Below, piece after piece: positions 58,119 through 64,000 of a DNA stretch of 64,000 bases. Source of the DNA: Nitrospinota bacterium (GTDB lineage: Bacteria > UBA8248). The notes beneath the pieces are model-generated. The model was not told the DNA's origin, did no database searches, and saw only the letters and a list, made by a program, of their open reading frames with translations. The stretch covers positions 1 to 64,000 of the forward strand of contig JASLZZ010000026.1 in assembly GCA_030754595.1 (NCBI GenBank). Direction: 5' to 3'. The translations under genes were made by a program, and so were the position numbers. How positions within the stretch are numbered: the first letter of the stretch is position 1; the number at the start of each line of letters is the position of its first letter.

Positions 58119-60464
58119 TTAGGGGGGCTCTTCGGCCCGGTACATCTTGCAGAGGATCCCGCGCAACTGAGGCCCTCCATAGAGAGGGTCGAAACCCTGC
58201 CCCGGGTCGTTGCGCGTGATGACATTCTGGTTCGAGATCCGGAAACCGTAATCGGGTCCCTCACGCTCGGGATACCACCAGCAGGTCTGGCTACACACAA
58301 CGCGAGGATGAAGACCTCCGGAAACCCTGGCGCGCTGACGGATCTTCCCCTGTTTCGTCTCTATCCATACCCAATCGCCATCCGCGACATCGAGCTCACC
58401 CGCGGTATCCGGGTGGAGTTCGACGAGAGGGTCGGGGTTTCGCTTCCGAAGCTCGGGTATTTGATGGTGCTCGGAGTGAAAGAATTCCGGGGTTCTCCGG
58501 CTCGTCAATATCAGCGGATACTCCCGCGCCAACTCTTCGTTCAGGGGAGTCTCCTCAGGGGGCTCCACGTAAAACGGAAAGGGATCGTGGCCCGAGAGAC
58601 GAAAAGTGCTCTGGAAGACCTCTACCCGCCCAGTGGGAGTCGGGAATCCGCCTCCATTCCGGAAGTAGTCGGTTTCATATTTCCGGTAGTGCTGGGGGAA
58701 GAGCACGTTCCCCTTTTCCTTGAATTCTTCCCAGGTGAGACCCGCCCCTTTTATCCGCCAGTCGAGATACTCTCCGGTGGTTTTCCAAGGGAAAGCCTCG
58801 TCGAGCCCAAGCCTATTGGCTAGTTCCAGAAGAATGTCCTCATCGTCCCGGCACTCACCGGGCGGCTCTGTCACCTTTTTTCGCGCAAACATGCCGAACC
58901 GGTAGTAGGGACCGTTAATCTGTTCTCGCTCGAGCCACGTGGTCGTGGGAAGAATCAGATCGGACAGGGCCGCTGTCGGTGTCATAAAAAGATCAACGCA
59001 CAGCGAGAAAGGAATCTTGTGCATCACCTTTTCAGCCGTATCGGAGTTTTCCGCCGAGAGGAGAAAGTTGTGGCCGATGATGAAGAGGACTTGGGGGATG
59101 AGCTCGCCCGAGACGATAGCACGGTTGACGAGCGAACCGTGTGTCATGCCGAGGATGGGAAACTGACCGGCTCCGTAGCGGTCCTGCATCTTTTTGGAAC
59201 CTTCGGGCAGCTGCATGGGCCTGTCGTGCTCGGGCGAGAAAGGATCGACCCACGGGCCCTGCTCCCAAATTGCCATACCGCCGGGCACGTCGAGGTTTCC
59301 TGTCAGGGCCATCAGGAGAATCGCGGACTGCATCGCTTGGGAATTGTTCACTCCCTGGTGATCCAGGGCATCGCCCCATTGAATGACGGCGGGTTTCGTC
59401 GTGCCAAAGAGAAGCGCGGCCTCTCGGATCTTCTCTGCGGGAATCCAAGTGATTTCACTGACTCTTTCAGGCGTGTATTGACAAACCCTCTCCTTGAAAA
59501 ATTCCCAGGCGGGACGGACGGATACATCGTCAACTACATACCGGCCCGTGAGTGCGGGCCGCGTGCATTCATCGGGGCGAACTGCTTTTTCTTTTTCCGC
59601 GTCCCATACCCGGAAGCCGTCCTCGCTATCGTCCCCGTCCTGGACGAACAGATTCTCCGAATCCTCCCGGACGAGGTATGGGGCGTTTGTCCAACGGGCG
59701 GCGAAGTCGAGGGCGAAAAGTCTTGCCTCGAGGAGAACATGGAGAAAACCGAGAGCTAGCGCACCGTCGGTGGCGGGCCGAATCCGGAGCCAGTGATCGG
59801 CTCGCTTTGCCCAGTGGGTCTCAACCGGGTCGATGACGATGAGCCGGGCGCCCGCCTTGAGAGCGGGGGTGAGTCGGCCTCCGATCATGCCGTCGGCATT
59901 GTTGAAGGGGTCGTTTCCCCAGATGAGGATGCAGCTGGGAAGCCGGCCGCCGAAACCATAAAAGTCGGCGACGGGAATCTTGGTGCCGAGGGTATGCTTG
60001 CAGACCGAGATCCGGGGAAAGTAGCAAAGAGGAGAGCGTCCGACGTTGAGGACGGCGCCCAATGCGTTGAAAAAACGATTGCCGAAATTGTTCCACTCGC
60101 GGCCCGTGCCGCATGCTTTTGCAATGTATTCCGGGCCATGTGTTTCGATGGTCTCCCTGCACTTAGCCTCGACCAGATCGAGCGCCTCTTTCCACGAGAT
60201 ACGCTTCCACTTCCCCGAACCGCGGGGGCCATCCCGGAGAAGAGGATAAAGGAGTCGATCGGGGTGTCCGGAATACGAAATCGATGCGCGCCCCTTCGGA
60301 CAGATGTAGCCCAAGTTAGTGATGCAATCGGGGTCGCCCTTGATTTTCTTGGCAACTCCACCCTCGACTGTGACAAGAACACCGCATGACCCATGGCACA
60401 TACGGCACATGGTTCGGATGGTTTGAGTGGAGGAAGCCGACGGAGAGGACTCTGCACGCATCAT
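58119..60464 (-). CDS. Mo/W-bisPGD oxidoreductase (DMSO reductase family, acetylene-hydratase-like), cytoplasmic
   Basis: 4Fe-4S motif CRMCHGSC...CPKG, HPDRLLYPL, RISWKEAL, probable Cys ligand in SPLCYFP, GNLDVPGG and FFHSEH. No Tat RR signal. Confidence 0.9.
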   Translation of the reverse strand: MMRAESSPSASSTQTIRTMCRMCHGSCGVLVTVEGGVAKKIKGDPDCITNLGYICPKGRASISYSGHPDRLLYPLLRDGPRGSGKWKRISWKEALDLVEAKCRETIETHGPEYIAKACGTGREWNNFGNRFFNALGAVLNVGRSPLCYFPRISVCKHTLGTKIPVADFYGFGGRLPSCILIWGNDPFNNADGMIGGRLTPALKAGARLIVIDPVETHWAKRADHWLRIRPATDGALALGFLHVLLEARLFALDFAARWTNAPYLVREDSENLFVQDGDDSEDGFRVWDAEKEKAVRPDECTRPALTGRYVVDDVSVRPAWEFFKERVCQYTPERVSEITWIPAEKIREAALLFGTTKPAVIQWGDALDHQGVNNSQAMQSAILLMALTGNLDVPGGMAIWEQGPWVDPFSPEHDRPMQLPEGSKKMQDRYGAGQFPILGMTHGSLVNRAIVSGELIPQVLFIIGHNFLLSAENSDTAEKVMHKIPFSLCVDLFMTPTAALSDLILPTTTWLEREQINGPYYRFGMFARKKVTEPPGECRDDEDILLELANRLGLDEAFPWKTTGEYLDWRIKGAGLTWEEFKEKGNVLFPQHYRKYETDYFRNGGGFPTPTGRVEVFQSTFRLSGHDPFPFYVEPPEETPLNEELAREYPLILTSRRTPEFFHSEHHQIPELRKRNPDPLVELHPDTAGELDVADGDWVWIETKQGKIRQRARVSGGLHPRVVCSQTCWWYPEREGPDYGFRISNQNVITRNDPGQGFDPLYGGPQLRGILCKMYRAEEPP

Positions 60465-60658
60465 ACGGAATCCTTATCATTGCCTTAGATGCTCGAAATG
60501 GGTCTGTCCGCGAACTGGGAAATTAGCCAGTCCAAACAATAGACTACTACGTCCTATTTACAAGCCTGTCCTGTGCATGGAGAATCGGAAATTCTAGCTG
60601 ATAATCATACTTTTCCTCGCCTTGCGTCGAAAGGCAATTCTTCCAAACTTCTCCCGCC

Positions 60659-60820
60659 ATGCCGATTCTTTTCCTGAACCAGACTCTATTCTTGAACAAA
60701 CGCGATCCGGAAGAGAAACCGGGAGAGTTTCAGGATTACTACAACGTCCATCGGGTTCATAAAGCCCTGAATCTAAAAACCCCCGAGGAAGCCGCCGGGA
60801 AAAAGATGAGAGAGCTCCGC
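60659..60820 (+). pseudogene. Relic of an integrase-core (rve) transposase C-terminus
   Basis: FLNQTLFLNKRDPEEKPGEFQDYYNVHRVHKALNLKTP matches the YN..R.H..L...TP tail of DDE/rve transposases; no upstream catalytic part is visible. Confidence 0.6.
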
Positions 60821-60821
60821 G

Positions 60822-61793
60822 CTATTTACGGATGGTGCCGAAGCTGAAACCCGTGATGAGGTGTTTCTGGATCAGGACGCCGAGGATGACAACTGGGATG
60901 GTGATCACTGTGCCAATCGCCGCCTGGGGGCCGTATAGCCTTCCCTCGACCGCGCTCTGGAATTTATTGAGCAGGACGGGAAGAGTGGACACATTCGGCT
61001 GAGTCAGCGTCAGAGCGAGCAAAAACTCGCTCCAGTTCAGGATGAAGATGAAAAGGAAAGTCACCACCATCCCCGGAGCGACCAGGGGGATAACCACGCG
61101 GCGGAGGGTATAGAGCCGGCTCGCCCCCATGATCCGTGCGGCATGCTCGAGGGTGTAGGGCACTTCATCGATGAAACTCAGCATCATCCAGATGACGAAA
61201 GGAAGCGTTGTCGCGGTGTAGAGGAGCCCTAAGCCAATATAAGTGTCTATCAGAGTAAACCGGAAGCCGAAAACCGCCTCGGTCGCGAACGGTATCAGTA
61301 TGGCATAGTACATCACGATGGGAATCGCGATGACGATGGGCGGGACCATCCGGATGGTCAGGATCATGTAGCGGAAATACTTCCCCCCGACACTGAACCG
61401 GGAAATCGAGTAGGCCAGAAACGTCCCCAGCAGAAGCGCGGCCAGGGAGCTGAGGGAGGCGATGAACATCGAGTCGCCCACCGCGCCCCAGATGTTGTAG
61501 GCCTGCTCGGTGGCCTCACGGCTGAGCTTCTCGCCAAGCGCGCTGAATGTGAAAATCTGCTGGTAGTTATACAGAGTGGGCTCGTAGCCCCCGCCGACAA
61601 AGGAGGGAAACCAGTTCGGCGGCCAGGCGACCCAGTCGCCCGAGTCCTTGAAGGAGGTCGAGATCATCCAGAAGATCGGAAACACGACGATGGAGGCCCA
61701 GCCCAGCAGCACGGCGTGCCGAAACCAGGAGAAAAGGTTGTGGCGTTTGGCAAAGGAAGCATCCGGTCGGTTCCCACCCGCTGGGTTTTTCAT
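60822..61793 (-). CDS. CUT1 (carbohydrate-type) ABC transporter permease (MalG-like)
   Basis: FPIFWMISTSFK, EAA-like LEHAARIMGA and FILNWSEFL. Confidence 0.9.
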   Translation of the reverse strand: MKNPAGGNRPDASFAKRHNLFSWFRHAVLLGWASIVVFPIFWMISTSFKDSGDWVAWPPNWFPSFVGGGYEPTLYNYQQIFTFSALGEKLSREATEQAYNIWGAVGDSMFIASLSSLAALLLGTFLAYSISRFSVGGKYFRYMILTIRMVPPIVIAIPIVMYYAILIPFATEAVFGFRFTLIDTYIGLGLLYTATTLPFVIWMMLSFIDEVPYTLEHAARIMGASRLYTLRRVVIPLVAPGMVVTFLFIFILNWSEFLLALTLTQPNVSTLPVLLNKFQSAVEGRLYGPQAAIGTVITIPVVILGVLIQKHLITGFSFGTIRK

Positions 61794-62761
61794 GAGCCCT
61801 GCTCCTCTTCGACGATGGACCGTTCCCGGACGAGCAGATGAATTCCGTAGAAGATGAGCCCCGCGAACATGAAGAGCAGCAGGACCGATGCCGCCGCGCC
61901 GAAACTGTACTTATTGAACTGCCACACCTGGCGCCAAAGGAAGAACGCGATGGTTTCGGTCGAAGTACCGGGGCCGCCGAAGGTGAGCAACACAGAAAGA
62001 TCGAAAAGTTTGAGCGCCTCCATCGACCGGATGACGACGGCGATGACGATCGCGGGTTTGAGTAGCGGCAGATGGATCCGCCAGAAAATTTGCCACCGGG
62101 TCGCGCCCAGGATTCGGGCGGCGTTGGTGAGCTGCTGGGGTAGCGCGGTGAAGCCGGAGAGAAAAATCAGGAACGTCAACGAAGTCCACTGCCAAACATC
62201 GGCGAGAATAATCGCCCACTGCGCGGCGATGGGGTGGGAGAGCCAGCGGATACGGGGATTGACCCCGAGAGCTTCCGTGATCGGAGACAAAACCTGGTTG
62301 AGCGGGCCCGAGTCGATGTAGATCATCGAAAAGTTGTAGCCCGCGACAACAGGAACCACCATCATCGGAATCAGGAAAATGGTGATGTATAACCTCCGGC
62401 CATTGAACTGCTTATAGACCAGCATGGCGAGCAGAAACCCGAGAATGAGCTCGATGAGGACCGCCGTTCCCGCGAAGTAAAACGTCCGCCCCACCGCCCA
62501 CCAAAAATCCTCGTCGCCGAGGACGCGGACATAATTTAATAAGCCGTGAAAATAGGCCCTCTCGAACGGCCGGCTGGCGCGCCATTTGAGGAGGCTGATA
62601 TAAATCGTCAGAATGAAAGGAATGGCGAGAAGGAGGAGGAAAACTCCCTCCACCATTATAAACGGAATGAGGCGGAACACCCGCTCCTGCCCCAGCCAGG
62701 TGGCCAAACGCCCCCTTCCGGAGGGCTGCCCTCGAGGTTTCTTTACAGCCGCTTGAGCCAT
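61790..62761 (-). CDS. CUT1 ABC transporter permease (MalF-like)
   Basis: GLLNY, ADVWQWT, AARILGATRWQIFWRIHLPLL and GGPGTSTET. Confidence 0.9.
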   Translation of the reverse strand: MAQAAVKKPRGQPSGRGRLATWLGQERVFRLIPFIMVEGVFLLLLAIPFILTIYISLLKWRASRPFERAYFHGLLNYVRVLGDEDFWWAVGRTFYFAGTAVLIELILGFLLAMLVYKQFNGRRLYITIFLIPMMVVPVVAGYNFSMIYIDSGPLNQVLSPITEALGVNPRIRWLSHPIAAQWAIILADVWQWTSLTFLIFLSGFTALPQQLTNAARILGATRWQIFWRIHLPLLKPAIVIAVVIRSMEALKLFDLSVLLTFGGPGTSTETIAFFLWRQVWQFNKYSFGAAASVLLLFMFAGLIFYGIHLLVRERSIVEEEQGS

Positions 62762-62782
62762 CGAATTCGTCTTTATCCCGGT

Positions 62783-62825
62783 GCCGGCCGCTGCCGGCCC
62801 CCGCTCAACCGCCGAAGGAGCGGGG
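62783..62825. other. GC-rich stem-loops between the binding-protein and permease genes
   Basis: GCCGGC-CGCT-GCCGGC and CCCGCTC-N11-GAGCGGG without a U tract; a typical position for an mRNA-stabilising hairpin. Confidence 0.45.
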
Positions 62826-62857
62826 ACCGACGCGATCCAGTATGATTCCTTGATCTC

Positions 62858-64000
62858 CTAGAACTTGTCGATATAAGCGCCGCTGTTCACGCTCTTGCGC
62901 CAGGCTTTGATCTGGTCTTTGCGGCCAATATCGTCGGTGACCTTGTTCCAGCCCTTCTCGATGTTCTTCGCGGCCGCCTCGGCCGAGATGTTGCCCTGCA
63001 TGACCTGGGCGAGGTTCTTGTCGAGTACGTTGAAGTACTCGTAGTTGCCCTCGATCATCAGAAGCGAGATCGCGTTTTTCGCGTTTTTCATCGTCATCTT
63101 GACAAACGGCTCAGTGTGCTTGGCGAGGACGGCCTTGTTCGTCAGGTTCGACTTCCGCATCGGATCCCAGAAGCCCTTGGGATCGGCGATGGCCTCGTCA
63201 CCCTTCGTCGGACCTGTGAGCCACTGGATGTAGTAGTAGGCGAGTTCAGGGTGCTTGCTGTGGCGGTTCACCATGTAGCCGGTGCCGGCCGCCTGGGGTG
63301 CCCGGCGGACCATTTTGCCGCCCACCTTCACGGCCGGAACCGGACAGGCCAGCTGCTTGCCGCTAATCTTGCTCTTGGGGCTCCGGTTGGCATAGCCCAT
63401 GGCCGAGGGGAACGACATGAACGAGAAGGCCTGGCCGCTACCCCAGTGAGGATAAAGCTGCGGGGTTCCCCAGCCCTGAACATCGGGGGGCATGTACTTC
63501 ACGATCGAGGAGAACTCCTTGATGGCCCGGATGCCGTTCGGGGTGTTGACTTGGGGTTTCATGTTCTTGTCGAAGAGCAGGGCCCCCATATAGGCCGGGA
63601 AGTGGCGGTAGGAGAAGTTGATGCTCCGATACGCCTGGGCGCCATAGAGGGGCTCGTTGAACTTTTTGCCCCAGCGGGTCTGGCCTTTCTTCGTGTGGAA
63701 GAACTTCGCCATCTGCTCCCACTCGGCCATCGTCTCCGGACAACCCGGCTCCTTACCAAACTTCGCCTTATATTCCGAGGCGCCCAGTTTCATGATGTCC
63801 GTGCGCAGAAACAGGGCGATGTGGTCGCCGTCGAGTATGAACCAGTAGTGTACTCCGTTGTAGGTCTGCTGGGCGAGAAGTCCGGGGTCGATGCCCGAGA
63901 AATCGGGCTTGCCCTTTTTCGCGAATCCATCGAGCGGCTGTAGCACGCCCGCCCCCGCGGCGTCCGGTATGACATAGGGGAAGTGGTTGATGATGTCGTA
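62858..64000 (-). CDS. ABC transporter extracellular solute-binding protein (5' end outside the window)
   Basis: The frame is open to 64000. Lys-rich SBP-like sequence (PETMAEWEQMAKFF, SKHPELAYYYIQWL) upstream of two permeases. Confidence 0.85.
   Translation of the reverse strand, partial: YDIINHFPYVIPDAAGAGVLQPLDGFAKKGKPDFSGIDPGLLAQQTYNGVHYWFILDGDHIALFLRTDIMKLGASEYKAKFGKEPGCPETMAEWEQMAKFFHTKKGQTRWGKKFNEPLYGAQAYRSINFSYRHFPAYMGALLFDKNMKPQVNTPNGIRAIKEFSSIVKYMPPDVQGWGTPQLYPHWGSGQAFSFMSFPSAMGYANRSPKSKISGKQLACPVPAVKVGGKMVRRAPQAAGTGYMVNRHSKHPELAYYYIQWLTGPTKGDEAIADPKGFWDPMRKSNLTNKAVLAKHTEPFVKMTMKNAKNAISLLMIEGNYEYFNVLDKNLAQVMQGNISAEAAAKNIEKGWNKVTDDIGRKDQIKAWRKSVNSGAYIDKF

Noticed and set aside
58119..60464. 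Annotation as bona fide acetylene hydratase or formate dehydrogenase
   Set aside because: His replaces the acetylene hydratase catalytic Asp; the FDH (C/U)H active-site pair and partner subunits are absent.
60465..60660. Cobalamin, SAM or Moco riboswitch upstream of the Mo enzyme/corrinoid cluster
   Set aside because: No B12-box, SAM-I core or Moco motif is recognisable on the minus strand; the ACTGGGAA seen is on the wrong strand and lacks context.

Overview
This is a bacterial chromosome segment from a diderm organism (mlaEDC, rny-ymdB, folE2). The core gene order looks Nitrospinota/Desulfobacterota-like, but that placement is inference only. Left end (1-5.5 kb, visibly very GC-rich): the left end of an IS3-family element, a stand-alone EF-G paralogue, a REP-like hairpin cluster, a 74-aa orphan ORF behind a sigma70 promoter and three NrdR-box-like operators, an SDR and a lipoprotein hydrolase. 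5.5-40 kb is mostly housekeeping: M48 peptidase, GAF/HD-GYP, ltaE, mlaEDC, MFS, alaS, split methylmalonyl-CoA mutase, zapB-zapA-6S RNA-5-FCL-rny-ymdB, thrS-infC-rpmI-rplT-pheST, tRNA-Val, tRNA-Leu-tig-clpP-clpX-lon and folE2. 40-47 kb holds a MazG-like gene, two amidohydrolases, a GT4, ftsH and an FAH-family gene. 46.9-51.0 kb is one ~1376-codon MASE3-GAF-GAF-PAS-PAS-HisKA-HATPase-REC-REC hybrid kinase broken by a frameshift and in-frame stops (pseudogene). 51.2-60.5 kb is the most interesting locus: a co-oriented cluster of an acetylene-hydratase-like Mo/W-bisPGD enzyme, a cyclase-family hydrolase, a stand-alone homocysteine methyltransferase domain, a corrinoid protein, two tandem UroD/MT-family paralogues and a RACo-type corrinoid activator, with no folate-binding module. 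It is a candidate folate-independent, B12-dependent demethylation-to-methionine system for an unknown substrate. Upstream of it are a transposase relic and a CUT1-type ABC transporter that runs off the window. All family assignments come from motif recognition by eye; no searches were run.
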